In this document: positions 26,799-37,300 of the stretch, piece by piece
Numbering within the stretch: the first letter of the stretch is position 1
Layout: every line of letters begins with the position of its first letter
Source: Lachnospiraceae bacterium
GTDB taxonomy: Bacteria > Bacillota > Clostridia > Lachnospirales > Lachnospiraceae
Length of the DNA: 64,000 bases
Assembly (NCBI GenBank): GCA_031547045.1
Contig: JAVBSN010000027.1
Span: 13,933-77,932, forward strand
Direction: 5' to 3'
The notes under the pieces: generated by a model
The model's database searches: none
What the model was told of the DNA's origin: nothing
What the model saw: only the letters and a program-made list of their open reading frames with translations
Made by a program: the position numbers and the translations under genes

Positions 26799-26987
26799 AT
26801 GCGTTCAAGTAGCGAAACTTATCAAGAAGTAGCAAAACAATGTAGTTCATATGAAAAATATGAAAAAGCAGAGGCATTCTCTAATAAAGATCAGGATTCA
26901 TCTAGTTGTTTAAATTGCAAACATTTTAGCAAAAACGAATATTGTGTTTTAGACTTATATGATCCTATAGTTGAAAATTTAAAATAA
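26799..26987 (+). CDS. Small hypothetical Cys-containing protein
   Basis: 62-aa ORF with an AAAGGAG SD. Contains a CLNCKHF...C motif. No family recognised. Confidence 0.4.
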   Translation: MRSSSETYQEVAKQCSSYEKYEKAEAFSNKDQDSSSCLNCKHFSKNEYCVLDLYDPIVENLK

Positions 26988-26996
26988 AAAAAATCA

Positions 26997-27030
26997 AAGC
27001 ACATTCTTAATATTTGAGAATGTGCTTTTG
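26997..27030 (+). terminator. Intrinsic terminator
   Basis: AAGCACATTCT...AGAATGTGCTT followed by a T-rich tail. Confidence 0.7.
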
Positions 27031-27032
27031 TG

Positions 27033-27061
27033 TTGACATGTGATAAATGGATTGGTATACT
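27033..27061 (+). promoter_or_regulatory. Sigma-A promoter of the ABC-F / trpS unit
   Basis: TTGACA-17 nt-TATACT. Confidence 0.6.
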
Positions 27062-27115
27062 CAATATTGGTGCGATTTGTCAGCATACATATATATTTAG
27101 GAAGGTGTTATTAAA

Positions 27116-28747
27116 ATGATAAGTGCAAATAACATAACTTTAAGATTAGGAAAGAAAGCTTTATTTGAAGAAGTTAATATAAAGTTCACAGAAGGAAACT
27201 GCTATGGACTTATTGGTGCAAATGGTGCTGGTAAATCTACATTTTTAAAGATATTATCAGGAGAACTTGAATCAACTACAGGCGATGTTATCATGAACGC
27301 AGGAGAACGCCTTTCGGTATTGCAACAAGATCACTACAAATATGATGAATATGCAGTTCTTGATACAGTAATGATGGGTAACAAGAGATTGTATGAAGTA
27401 ATGAAAGAAAAAGAAGAAATATATGCAAAAGAAGACTTTACAGATGAAGATGGAATAAGAGCATCTGATTTAGAAGCAGAATTTGCAGATATGAATGGTT
27501 GGGAAGCAGAATCAGATGCAGCTACATTATTAAATGGATTAGGCATAGATTCAGATATACATTATAAAATGATGAGTGAGTTAGATGGTTCTAATAAGGT
27601 TAAGGTATTACTTGCTCAAGCTTTATTTGGTAATCCAGATGTATTATTACTAGATGAGCCTACTAACCATTTAGACTTAGATGCTATAGCATGGTTAGAA
27701 GAATTCTTAATTAATTTTGAAAATACAGTAATTGTTGTATCCCATGATAGATATTTCCTTAATAAAGTATGTACACATACAGCAGATATAGATTATGCTA
27801 AGATTCAATTATATGCTGGCAACTATGATTTCTGGTATGAATCAAGTCAGCTTATGGTAAAACAAATGAAGGAAGCTAATAAGAAGAAAGAAGAGAAGAT
27901 AAAAGAATTACAAGAATTCATTCAAAGATTCTCTGCAAATGCTTCGAAATCTAAACAAGCTACTTCTAGAAAGAAAGCATTGGAGAAGATTGAGCTTGAT
28001 GATATAAGACCTTCAAGTAGAAAATATCCTTATATAGATTTTAGACCAAGTCGTGAGATAGGTAATGAAGTATTAACTGTAGAGAATATATCTAAGACAG
28101 TTGAAGGTGTTAAAATACTTGATAATATATCATTTACAATAAATAGAGAAGATAAGGTAGCATTTGTTGGACCTAATACTATAGCAACAACTATGTTATT
28201 TAAGATTCTAGCAGGAGAAGAAGAACCAGATGAAGGAACTTATAAATGGGGTATTACAACTTCTCAAGGTTATTTCCCTAAAGATAATACTAAAGACTTT
28301 GATAACAATTTAACAATTGTTGATTGGTTAACTCAATTTTCAGAAGAAAAAGATCCTACATATGTAAGGGGCTTCCTAGGAAGAATGTTATTTGCAGGTG
28401 AAGACGGAGTTAAGAAAGTTAATATATTATCAGGTGGAGAAAAAGTTAGATGTATGTTATCTAAACTTATGATAATGGGTTCAAATGTACTTATACTAGA
28501 CGAGCCAACTAACCATTTAGATATGGAATCAATTACTGCACTTAATAATGGAGTAATCAAATTCCCAGGAGCAATATTATTTGCATCTCAAGATCATCAA
28601 TTTATAGAAACAACAGCTAATAGAATTATGGAACTTACTAATTCTGGATTAATAGATAAACAAACTACTTATGACGAGTATTTAGAAAATGATGAATTAG
28701 CACGTAAGAGACAAGTTATGAATATGTCAAGTGATGATGAGGATTAA
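27116..28747 (+). CDS. ABC-F family ATPase (two ABC domains, no TM; YkpA/EttA-like translation factor class)
   Basis: 543 aa. Two Walker A motifs (GANGAGKST and a degenerate second P-loop GPNTIATT), two LSGGE-type signatures and a charged inter-domain linker. Confidence 0.85.
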   Translation: MISANNITLRLGKKALFEEVNIKFTEGNCYGLIGANGAGKSTFLKILSGELESTTGDVIMNAGERLSVLQQDHYKYDEYAVLDTVMMGNKRLYEVMKEKEEIYAKEDFTDEDGIRASDLEAEFADMNGWEAESDAATLLNGLGIDSDIHYKMMSELDGSNKVKVLLAQALFGNPDVLLLDEPTNHLDLDAIAWLEEFLINFENTVIVVSHDRYFLNKVCTHTADIDYAKIQLYAGNYDFWYESSQLMVKQMKEANKKKEEKIKELQEFIQRFSANASKSKQATSRKKALEKIELDDIRPSSRKYPYIDFRPSREIGNEVLTVENISKTVEGVKILDNISFTINREDKVAFVGPNTIATTMLFKILAGEEEPDEGTYKWGITTSQGYFPKDNTKDFDNNLTIVDWLTQFSEEKDPTYVRGFLGRMLFAGEDGVKKVNILSGGEKVRCMLSKLMIMGSNVLILDEPTNHLDMESITALNNGVIKFPGAILFASQDHQFIETTANRIMELTNSGLIDKQTTYDEYLENDELARKRQVMNMSSDDED

Positions 28748-28766
28748 TATTTAAGGAGAAGCAAAG

Positions 28767-29774
28767 ATGTTAGATGGAAAAAAGACGTTATTTAGTGGAA
28801 TGCAATCTACAGGTACAATAACATTAGGTAATTATTTGGGAGCTCTTAAAAATTGGGTAAATATGGATTCTGACCAATATAAATGTTTTTATGGTATAAT
28901 GGATTTACATTCAATAACTGTAAGACAAGATCCTGCCAATTTAAGAAAAAGTGCAAGAAACTTATTAATGTTATATATTGCAGCTGGATTAGACCCGGAG
29001 AAAAACTGTATATTTTATCAATCGCATGTATCAGCCCATCCAGAGTTAGCATGGATACTTAATTGCTATACTTATATGGGTGAGATGAACAGAATGACTC
29101 AGTTTAAAGATAAAGCAGCAAAACATTCGGATAATATTAATACAGGATTGTTTACATATCCAGTATTAATGGCTGCGGATATATTACTTTATCAAGCTGA
29201 TTATGTACCAGTCGGAAAAGATCAGATGCAACATCTTGAGATAACAAGAGATATTGCTAATAGATTTAATGGAATATATGGAGATGTATTTACTATCCCA
29301 GAGGCCTATATAGGTAAGCAAGGAGCAAAAGTAATGAGTCTTCAAGAGCCAAATAAGAAAATGTCTAAATCAGATGAAAATCCTAATGCAAGCATATATT
29401 TACTAGATGATGCAGATACTATAATGCGCAAGTTTAAAAGAGCAGTTACAGATTCTGATGCAAACATAGCTTATAGTGATGAAAAACCAGGTATAAGAAA
29501 TTTAATTGACATATACTGTGGAGTTACAGGCTATTCGATAGAGGAAACTTTATCAGAATTTGATGGATTGGGATATGGTATTCTAAAACAAAGAGTTGGA
29601 GAAGCTGTTGTTGAAGAATTAAGACCAATACAAGAAAAGTTTGAACAATTATCTAAAGATAAGGGTTATATTGACGGTATAATTAAGAATAATGCAGAGC
29701 AAGCAAGCTATTATGCCATGAAGACTTTAAGAAAAGTAAAGAAGAAAGTTGGATTTCCGGAAACTGTAAGATAA
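28767..29774 (+). CDS. trpS: Tryptophan--tRNA ligase
   Basis: 335 aa. TGTITLGNYLGA (HIGH-type) and KMSKS motifs. Confidence 0.95.
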   Translation: MLDGKKTLFSGMQSTGTITLGNYLGALKNWVNMDSDQYKCFYGIMDLHSITVRQDPANLRKSARNLLMLYIAAGLDPEKNCIFYQSHVSAHPELAWILNCYTYMGEMNRMTQFKDKAAKHSDNINTGLFTYPVLMAADILLYQADYVPVGKDQMQHLEITRDIANRFNGIYGDVFTIPEAYIGKQGAKVMSLQEPNKKMSKSDENPNASIYLLDDADTIMRKFKRAVTDSDANIAYSDEKPGIRNLIDIYCGVTGYSIEETLSEFDGLGYGILKQRVGEAVVEELRPIQEKFEQLSKDKGYIDGIIKNNAEQASYYAMKTLRKVKKKVGFPETVR

Positions 29775-29799
29775 AAGTGTATAGGCAAATACGACAAGT

Positions 29800-29840
29800 T
29801 GTACAAATTACATAATTGTTACATTTATGTTAAATGTACA
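29800..29840. other. 41-bp imperfect palindrome TGTACA...TGTACA
   Basis: 15 of 20 positions pair around the centre at 29820. It lies 25 nt after the trpS stop and about 30-70 nt upstream of the -35 of the sugar-ABC promoter. Confidence 0.4.
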
Positions 29841-29868
29841 AAAAAGATAAAGAAATTCAAAAAAACAC

Positions 29869-29897
29869 TTGCCAAGTTGTCTAATATGTCCTATAAT
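29869..29897 (+). promoter_or_regulatory. Sigma-A promoter of the sugar ABC operon
   Basis: TTGCCA-17 nt-TATAAT. The leader is about 250 nt. Confidence 0.6.
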
Positions 29898-29902
29898 TAG
29901 AC
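29879..29902. promoter_or_regulatory. Operator-like inverted repeat overlapping the -10
   Basis: GTCTAAT-N10-ATTAGAC spans the spacer and -10 element. Confidence 0.35.
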
Positions 29903-29965
29903 TTGTGATAGAGACAAGTGGCGCATTTTTTAATTGGATGTATACACATTATACAATTAGGAACC

Positions 29966-30006
29966 AACAGCTATTTATAGCTGTTTAATCTGAATAATAT
30001 TCAGAT
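29966..30006. promoter_or_regulatory. Two adjacent perfect 9-bp-arm palindromes in the operon leader
   Basis: AACAGCTAT-tt-ATAGCTGTT (29966-29985) and ATCTGAATA-a-TATTCAGAT (29988-30006). Confidence 0.5.
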
Positions 30007-30151
30007 ATAGAGTATAGGTTCATTGACTGATGAAGTCTTTTTTAGAAAATAATCAATGGATGGAATTTATTTATAAGTGATATTTTGAGATTATGGACGC
30101 GAGAAGATAACATTGGTTAGTACACACACATTTTAAAGGAGGGTTTTTTTC

Positions 30152-31531
30152 GTGAAAAAATTCAAAAAAGTTTTAGCGTTATCATTAGCGCTAGCAATGG
30201 GACTTTCTTTAGTAGCTTGTGAAAGCAAAAAAGAGGATCCAACAACAGAGGCTCCAAAGGATGATACTGAAGCTGTTACTACAGATGATACTGAAGGTGC
30301 AGACGCAGCAACATTAGAGATGCCAGATGCTGATGGCGATGTAATCTATGTTTACTCTTGGAATACAGAGTTAGGCGATAGATTAAAATACTTCAAGGAT
30401 AAATATCCTGAGTATGCTGATAGAGTTGAATACATCAACCTTGGTGTTTCTGGTACTTCAGTAGAGTACAAGACTTCTCTTGAGACTTTAGTAACTTCTC
30501 CAGACGCAGCTCAAGTTCCTTCAATCATTGCTATGGATAATGACGTAGCATTAGGATTCTTAGAGTCAGATTACACTGTAGCAATGTCAAGCATTGGTAT
30601 CACAGATGCTATGTATGCAAACGCATTTGCTTACACTAAAGATTATGCAACAATCAATGGCGAGTTAAAAGGTTTAACTTGGCAAGCAACTCCAGGATGT
30701 TTCGTTTATAGAACAGACATCGCTGAAGAAGTTTTAGGAGCTTCTGATCCAGAAACAGTTCAAGCATCTGTTAAAGATTGGGATACTTTCTTAGATACAG
30801 CAGCAAAGATGAAAGACGCTGGATATGCTATGGTTTCAGGTGCTGATGATCTTAAGTATGCTATGATCGATCAAAAGACTAGCCCATGGGTATCTGATGA
30901 TAAGTTAAACATCGATCCTATCGTTACTGAGTACTTAAACCTTTCTAAGACTTTATATGATGAGGGATATACTCAAAAAACTGCTATGTGGTCTGACGCT
31001 TGGTCAGCAAACTTCTCAGGTGACGTATTTGGTTACTTCGGATGTACTTGGTTCGTTTACTGGTGTATAGCTGTTGAAGAAGGCGATGATTTATATGGTT
31101 CATTCAACATGTGTGCTGGTCCAGTTGATTATCACTGGGGTGGAACTTACCTTGCTGTAACAAATGCTTGTCCAGATACTAAGTTAGCTGCATTATTAGT
31201 TTACACTTTATGCTGTGATACTGAAGTAATGGCTAAATTATCAGAAGAGACTTTTGACTTTGTTAATAACAAAGCAGCAGTTCAATCATTAATCGATGCA
31301 GGTAAGGGTGCTTCACCAGTTATCGGTGGACAAAATCCATTATCAGTTTGGTTAGCAGCTGCTGACAAGATTGATTTAAGCAACTCAACTGCTCTTGATT
31401 CAACTTTCAATGGTTACTTAGATAACGCTGCTGCTGCTTACTGGTCAGGCGAAATCAAAACTGTTGATGATGCTATTAAGAACGTTAAAGATCAAGTATC
31501 TGACGGTTATTCTTACATCACTGTAGAGTAA
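30152..31531 (+). CDS. Carbohydrate ABC transporter substrate-binding lipoprotein
   Basis: 459 aa. GTG start after AAAGGAGGG. Lipobox LSLVAC. Codon usage suggests high expression. Confidence 0.8.
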   Translation: MKKFKKVLALSLALAMGLSLVACESKKEDPTTEAPKDDTEAVTTDDTEGADAATLEMPDADGDVIYVYSWNTELGDRLKYFKDKYPEYADRVEYINLGVSGTSVEYKTSLETLVTSPDAAQVPSIIAMDNDVALGFLESDYTVAMSSIGITDAMYANAFAYTKDYATINGELKGLTWQATPGCFVYRTDIAEEVLGASDPETVQASVKDWDTFLDTAAKMKDAGYAMVSGADDLKYAMIDQKTSPWVSDDKLNIDPIVTEYLNLSKTLYDEGYTQKTAMWSDAWSANFSGDVFGYFGCTWFVYWCIAVEEGDDLYGSFNMCAGPVDYHWGGTYLAVTNACPDTKLAALLVYTLCCDTEVMAKLSEETFDFVNNKAAVQSLIDAGKGASPVIGGQNPLSVWLAAADKIDLSNSTALDSTFNGYLDNAAAAYWSGEIKTVDDAIKNVKDQVSDGYSYITVE

Positions 31532-31567
31532 TTTAAGAAATATACATTTTAAATGTAAATTATGTTA

Positions 31568-31590
31568 TGCACCGGCCTTAGGTCGGTGCA
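31568..31590 (+). other. GC-rich hairpin after the binding-protein gene (no U-tract)
   Basis: TGCACCGGCC-tta-GGTCGGTGCA followed by TAATTAAAAAAAA. Confidence 0.5.
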
Positions 31591-31623
31591 TAATTAAAAA
31601 AAAGCACTATCGAACCACAATTG

Positions 31624-31672
31624 GACATTTTGTAAATGCTATTTTATTAGCTAATAGTGTTTACAAAATGTC
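31624..31672 (+). other. Long intercistronic hairpin (about 20 bp)
   Basis: GACATTTTGTAAA ... TTTACAAAATGTC (13 bp, perfect), plus inner CTATT/AATAG. Confidence 0.6.
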
Positions 31673-31747
31673 TAATATGGGGGTCGTGTATGATTGTGTT
31701 TTATTGCTTTTTAGATTACACTATAAATATTACGGGGAAGTGAGAAT

Positions 31748-32743
31748 ATGAAAAATAAGACAGTTGAATATGGTAAGTATGGTTACTTATTTATAGCACC
31801 ATTCTTTATCGTTTACGCAGTTTTTCAATTATATCCATTGTTATACACTGTATGGCTAAGTTTAGTAGAGAACTATTTTAGAGGTTTGACACAAGTAGGT
31901 CCTAACTTCGTAGGTCTTAAGAACTATTTAGCAGTATTAATAAATACAGATGCTAGCTATAAGGTAGTTGAAGGTGCAAAATTTTTAGATACAATGACAG
32001 TAATGTCAATTAAAAATACAATGATTATGTGGTTATTTAACTTTTTCCCACAGATTTTAATGTCACTTTTATTGGCTTCTTGGTTTACAGATACTACTGT
32101 AAAATTAAAAGGTCAAGGTATATTTAAAGTTATTATGTTCATGCCTAATATTATTACTGCATCTACTATAGCAGTATTATTTTATACATTATTTGCAAGA
32201 TCAGGCCCTATAGCAACTTCATTAAGAGATATTGGAATTATTCCAGAACAATATGACTTTATGGAGAGCAAGGCAGGTACAATCGGTCTTATAGCATTTA
32301 TGCAATTCTGGATGTGGTATGGTAATACAATGATTATCTTAATTGCAGGTGTATTAGGAATTAACCCTTCATTATATGAAGCAGCAATGGTTGATGGTGC
32401 AAGTGGAACTCAAACATTCTTTAGCATTACATTACCATTGTTAAAACCAATACTACAGTTTACATTAGTTACATCAGCTATTGGTGGTTTACAAATGTAT
32501 GATATCCCATCATTGTTTAATGTTAGTGGTACAGGTGAGGCCATGCCTAACTACGCATCACAAACAATCACAATGTATATCCGTAAGTTAGGATTTGTAA
32601 CTAAGGATATGGGTAAATCAGCAGCAGCATCTATGATTCTTTTTGCAGTTACTTTAATAATAAGTACATTATTCTTTGCTTTAACTAAGGAAAGAGAATC
32701 AAAAGCAAGACATGCTGTAATAAATGTAAAGGGAGGGGCATAA
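31748..32743 (+). CDS. Sugar ABC transporter permease (MalF/UgpA-like)
   Basis: 331 aa, 6 TM, with an EAA-type loop (EAAMVDGASGTQTFFSITLPLL). Confidence 0.85.
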   Translation: MKNKTVEYGKYGYLFIAPFFIVYAVFQLYPLLYTVWLSLVENYFRGLTQVGPNFVGLKNYLAVLINTDASYKVVEGAKFLDTMTVMSIKNTMIMWLFNFFPQILMSLLLASWFTDTTVKLKGQGIFKVIMFMPNIITASTIAVLFYTLFARSGPIATSLRDIGIIPEQYDFMESKAGTIGLIAFMQFWMWYGNTMIILIAGVLGINPSLYEAAMVDGASGTQTFFSITLPLLKPILQFTLVTSAIGGLQMYDIPSLFNVSGTGEAMPNYASQTITMYIRKLGFVTKDMGKSAAASMILFAVTLIISTLFFALTKERESKARHAVINVKGGA

Positions 32744-32744
32744 T

Positions 32745-33614
32745 ATGGCAAAGCAAAAGGAAAGAAGTTATTCAAGCTGGATTACCTCTCAAAAAATAAT
32801 TAGAACTATAGTATGTGTATTACTTTGTATAGTGAGTGTTTTCCCATTTTACATAATGATAATTAACTCTACTAGAACATCAGTAGCTATTCAAAAGGGT
32901 ATTGCAATTTTACCAGGTACAAATTTCTTTAATAACTTGGCAAATCTTAATGGAAAGAGTGCAGGTCTTGGCGTTTCCGTTTGGAGTGCAATGTTAAATA
33001 GTTTAATAATAGCAGTTCCAACAACTATACTTCAGGTATATTTTTCAACAATAACTGCTTATGGTTTTACTACATATCAATTTAAGATAAGAAATGCAGC
33101 TTGGGGATTTATCATGGCTATCATGATGATTCCAGCTCAAGTATCAATTATTGGTTTTATGAAATTTATGATGAATGTTCATTTATATGATACATATTGG
33201 CCATTAATTTTACCAGCAATGGCAGCTCCATCAACGGTATATTTCATGAAACAATACATGACTTCAGCATTATCACTTGAAATTGTTGAAGCAGCAAGAA
33301 TTGATGGTTCGAACGAGTTTGCTACATTTAACCGTATAGTATTGCCTCTTATGAAGCCAGCTATGGCTACACAAGCAATATTTGCATTTATCGCATCTTG
33401 GAACAACTTATTCAATCCACAGATGTTAGTAACAACAACTAAGAAGAAAACATTACCTATGTTTATATCTTCTCTAAGATCTGAGCAATTCCGTTCAGAT
33501 TATGGTATGATTTACTTAGGTCTTTTCCTAACAGTATTACCAATCTTCGTAGTATATTTTGCATTATCAAAATATATCATTGCCGGTGTTGCACTTGGTG
33601 GTGTAAAGGAGTAA
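32745..33614 (+). CDS. Sugar ABC transporter permease (MalG/UgpE-like)
   Basis: 289 aa with the EAA loop EAARIDGSNEFATFNRIVLPLM. Confidence 0.85.
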   Translation: MAKQKERSYSSWITSQKIIRTIVCVLLCIVSVFPFYIMIINSTRTSVAIQKGIAILPGTNFFNNLANLNGKSAGLGVSVWSAMLNSLIIAVPTTILQVYFSTITAYGFTTYQFKIRNAAWGFIMAIMMIPAQVSIIGFMKFMMNVHLYDTYWPLILPAMAAPSTVYFMKQYMTSALSLEIVEAARIDGSNEFATFNRIVLPLMKPAMATQAIFAFIASWNNLFNPQMLVTTTKKKTLPMFISSLRSEQFRSDYGMIYLGLFLTVLPIFVVYFALSKYIIAGVALGGVKE

Positions 33615-33645
33615 TACATATTCGTATCATATATATAGAATATTT

Positions 33646-33671
33646 AAGGGAGTGCTTATGCACTCCCTTTT
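33646..33671. terminator. Bidirectional terminator
   Basis: AAGGGAGTGC-ttat-GCACTCCCTT followed by TTT. Confidence 0.75.
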
Positions 33672-33696
33672 ATGTACAGATATATATTATAGTATA

Positions 33697-34137
33697 TTAT
33701 TGATTTTCTGCCTTAGCTTTCTCTACAGCATTTTTAATTGCTTGATTAAGAATAATGTATGTATATTGGTTTTCAGAAGAATAATTAATATCGTCAATAC
33801 TATTTACAGTTGCGATTTGATTATTAATTTCATCTAAAGCCGGTTCTAATAATGGATACATAGTTGTTATTGTTTCATCAATGTTGAAAACTGAAACATT
33901 TGAAATGGTATCCTTGTCTACAGTAACTTGAATATTTAGAGTAGATTCACCTAGATTAACGGTGGATGAATACACTCCTGGAACATATTTATCTGTTGTA
34001 ACGCTATCTGCGTCTTTGTCCTTAGAAGAAAACATATAGAGTAACAGAGCGATTAAGATGATTCCCAAGGCAATAAATATGAGAGTATATATCAATTCCT
34101 TAGCTTTCAAAATTATAATTTTTGTAGTTGATCCCAT
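33697..34137 (-). CDS. Membrane-anchored hypothetical protein
   Basis: 146 aa with a GGGGG SD and one N-terminal TM. No family assigned. Confidence 0.5.
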   Translation of the reverse strand: MGSTTKIIILKAKELIYTLIFIALGIILIALLLYMFSSKDKDADSVTTDKYVPGVYSSTVNLGESTLNIQVTVDKDTISNVSVFNIDETITTMYPLLEPALDEINNQIATVNSIDDINYSSENQYTYIILNQAIKNAVEKAKAENQ

Positions 34138-34349
34138 AAAAATACCCCCAATTTAAAATGTTTAATATATCCTATTCTGTATAATTAAAATTATGCCTGT
34201 TTTTAATGAAATAGACCAAAGAAAATAATTAATATAGTATACGTATTGATTAATGACTGGCAGAGAACTTGGTGAGGTATTTTAGAACCTAGTCGTAGTC
34301 GTATATCGTAATTGATTGAGGTGTTGTCGAAGTCTATGAAAAGATAGTA

Positions 34350-34379
34350 TTGTCAATATAAGCATATATAGTGTATAGT
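34350..34379 (+). promoter_or_regulatory. Candidate promoter of addB-addA
   Basis: TTGTCA-18 nt-TATAGT. Confidence 0.4.
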
Positions 34380-34399
34380 TAATTTTAGAGGTGAGTTAG

Positions 34400-37300
34400 A
34401 TGTCAATAAAGATGTATTTGGGTGCCAGTGGTTCTGGTAAATCATACAATATGTATAGTGAAGTAATAGAAGAGTCTATCAATAGTAATGATAGCTTTAT
34501 TATTGTTGTGCCTGAACAATTTACTATGGAGACACAAAGAGATATTGTAAATATGCATCCTAATAAAGGAACTATGAATATTGACATTGTAAGCTTTAAT
34601 AGATTAGCTTTTAGAGTATTTGAGGAGTTAAATATAGTTAATAATAAGTTGTTAGATGATTTAGGGAAAACTATGATAGTGCGTAAGCTTATAGAAGGTA
34701 GTAAGAATAAGCTTAAAATCTTTGGTAGTTGTGTAGATAAGGTTGGATTTATTGATGAAGTGAAATCTATAATATCAGAATTGTATCAATATGATATTGA
34801 TTTAGAAGATATTGAAAACTTGGTGAAAGATATTGGAGAAGATGAGCTATTATCCTGGAAACTTCAAGATATATATTTATTGTATAGCAAGTTTATGGAA
34901 TATATAGCTAATGAATATATAGTTTCAGAAGAAGTTATGGATATATTAGGGGATGTCGCACCCTCATCTAATATATTAAGGGATAGTGTAATCTGTTTTG
35001 ATGGATTCACAGGATTTACGCCAATACAATATAAATTAATTGAGCGGTTGGGAAATATTGCCAAAGAACTCCGTTTTACAATAACTATTTCTGAAAATCA
35101 TTATAAAAAGGGAAAATCATTGCCACATGATTTGTTTTATTTGAGTACCGATACTATAGATAAAATCAATGAAATTGGAAAACGTAGCAATATAGAAATA
35201 TCTATGCCTATTATATGTGATAATAAGGAGAATGGAAGATTTTCTACAGGAGGAGAATTGTCTCATTTGGAGAGAAATATTTTTAGATTCCCTTATGATA
35301 AGTATGAAAAACAAGTAGAAAATATTAATGTTAAGGCTAGTAGAGATGTACGTCAAGAAACTTACTATGTGGCAAGAAATATAAAGAATATGGTTATGAA
35401 TGAAGGGTATTCCTATAATGATATTGCAGTAGTTTCGGGTAATTTAGAGGATATACAACATATATATAATGAAATATTTCCTAAATTTAATATTCCTTAC
35501 TTTATAGATACAAATATTAGCATTAATAATAATCCAGCAATAGAAGCAATTAAAGCTTTGTTTAGAATAAGTATTGATGATTTCTCTTATGAAAGCGTTT
35601 TTAGATACTTAAAAACAGGGATTTCTAATATAGATGATAATGATATTGAGGTTATGGAAAACTATGTGCTTAAATATGGAGTACGTGGAATAACTATGTA
35701 TAACAATGAATGGCGTGACAAGGATATTGATAATATAAAAAGCATGTTTTTAAATGAAGTAAAATTAGTAGTTAATCAAAATATAAAAAAAGTAACTGTT
35801 TTAGAATATTCAAAGCTCTTGTTTGAATTTATATGTAGTATAGATATGTATGGTAAGTTAGAAAATGAGGCTATTGAGTTAGAAAAATGTGATAAAGTAA
35901 ATGAAAGTAAGATATATAAACAAGTATATGATAAGATTATAGATGTTTTAGATAAAATAGTTGAAATGCTAGGAGATACTATAGTTAGTGATGAAGAATA
36001 CTTGCAGCTTATAGAAGAAGGATTAGATTCAATAGATTTAGGTATAATTCCACCTAGTAAGGATAGAGTAATTATTGGTGATATAGAAAGGACAAGGCTT
36101 AATCATATAAAGGTGTTGTTTTTTGTGCAAGTAAATGATGGAATAATTCCTAAAAAAGGTAGTGATACAGGTGTATTTAACGATTCGGACAAGGAAACTT
36201 TAGAAGGATTTGGGTTAAGATTAGCACCTACAAATAGACAAAATTCATTTACAGAGCAGTTTTATCTATATTTAAATTTAACTAAGGCAGAAGAGAAAAT
36301 ATATGTATCATATGTAGAGGTAGATGCATCAGGAGTTTCTCTTAAGTCGTCCTATATAATAAATAGAATTAGTAATATGTTTCCTCGATTAGTTATTGAT
36401 GAGAGGATGGAATTAAGTAAAGAAGAAGTTAACTCGATAGCTGAGGGAAATATACTAATATTAGAGGGTATTAATAATCAAAAAGTAGATAATCTTAGAG
36501 ATGTATATGAAGCAAGTATTAACAGTGGTGATACAACAGGAATAGAAGCAATACTAGAGGGTATTAACTATACATATGAGACAAAGGGGTTGTCAATTAA
36601 TATTGCCAAACAATTATATGGAGAAAACGTGAAAGGATCTATATCTAAACTAGAGAGTTATGCAAATTGTCCGTATTCATTTTATCTTAGATATGGTTTG
36701 GAATTAAAAGAAAGGGAAATATATAAAATAAATAATTCTAATATCGGAATTGTATTGCATGGAGCTATGGAGAGAATGTTTAGCTATGTTAATGACAATG
36801 GAGATATTAGTTGGAAGGAACTATCTGATGAGCAAAGAGATAGTTTAGCGGATAGATTTTTAGATGAAGCCATTGCTGAGGAGGAAAGCAATGTGTTTGA
36901 AGATACAAATAGAAATAAATATTTGGTTAGAAAAATGAGGGGAATATCTAGAAGAAGTATTAAAACACTACAGAAGCAAATTAATTCAGGAAGTATGCAA
37001 CCAGTGTATTTTGAGAAAAAGTTTGATGGACATTTAGGAAATAGAAATGCAAATATTGAATTAGATAATGGTAGCATATTGCAAATTAATGGTGTTATTG
37101 ATAGAGTGGATATTTGTGAAAAAGATGATAAGGTATATGTAAGCATTGTGGATTATAAATCCAGTAAAAAGGATTTTGATGTTAATGATTTTTATAATGG
37201 ACTACAGTTACAACTTCCTATATATATGAAAATTGTATTGGAATTAGTTAAAGAACAATATCCAAATAAAGAAATAATTCCAACAGGAATGTTTTATTAT

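Noticed and set aside
28748-28766. T-box upstream of trpS. Also a preQ1 riboswitch upstream of queF (41432-41452), a lysine riboswitch upstream of aspartate kinase (53336-53358), and a SAM or B12 riboswitch upstream of metH (20042-20126).
   Set aside because: The upstream gaps are only 19, 21, 23 and about 85 nt. The last contains just a promoter and a UTR of about 20 nt. None can hold the respective aptamers.
29807-29823. Another TGTWAH-N5-TGTWAH match (minus strand TGTAAC-aatta-TGTAAT) between trpS and the sugar ABC operon.
   Set aside because: It is a two-hexamer degenerate match inside a larger palindrome, not next to a cell-wall gene. Matches of this kind are expected by chance a few times in 64 kb of AT-rich sequence.
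33652-33837. A 61-aa plus-strand ORF after the permease genes.
   Set aside because: It starts inside the bidirectional terminator, overlaps the better-supported minus-strand gene 33697-34137 and has no SD.
34325-34331. An exact Spo0A-box heptamer TGTCGAA upstream of addB. Also weak sigma-H-like (GAAT at 44972) and 0A-like matches upstream of spoIIAA.
   Set aside because: Single 7-mers occur by chance. The spoIIAA upstream matches are too degenerate to call without comparative data.
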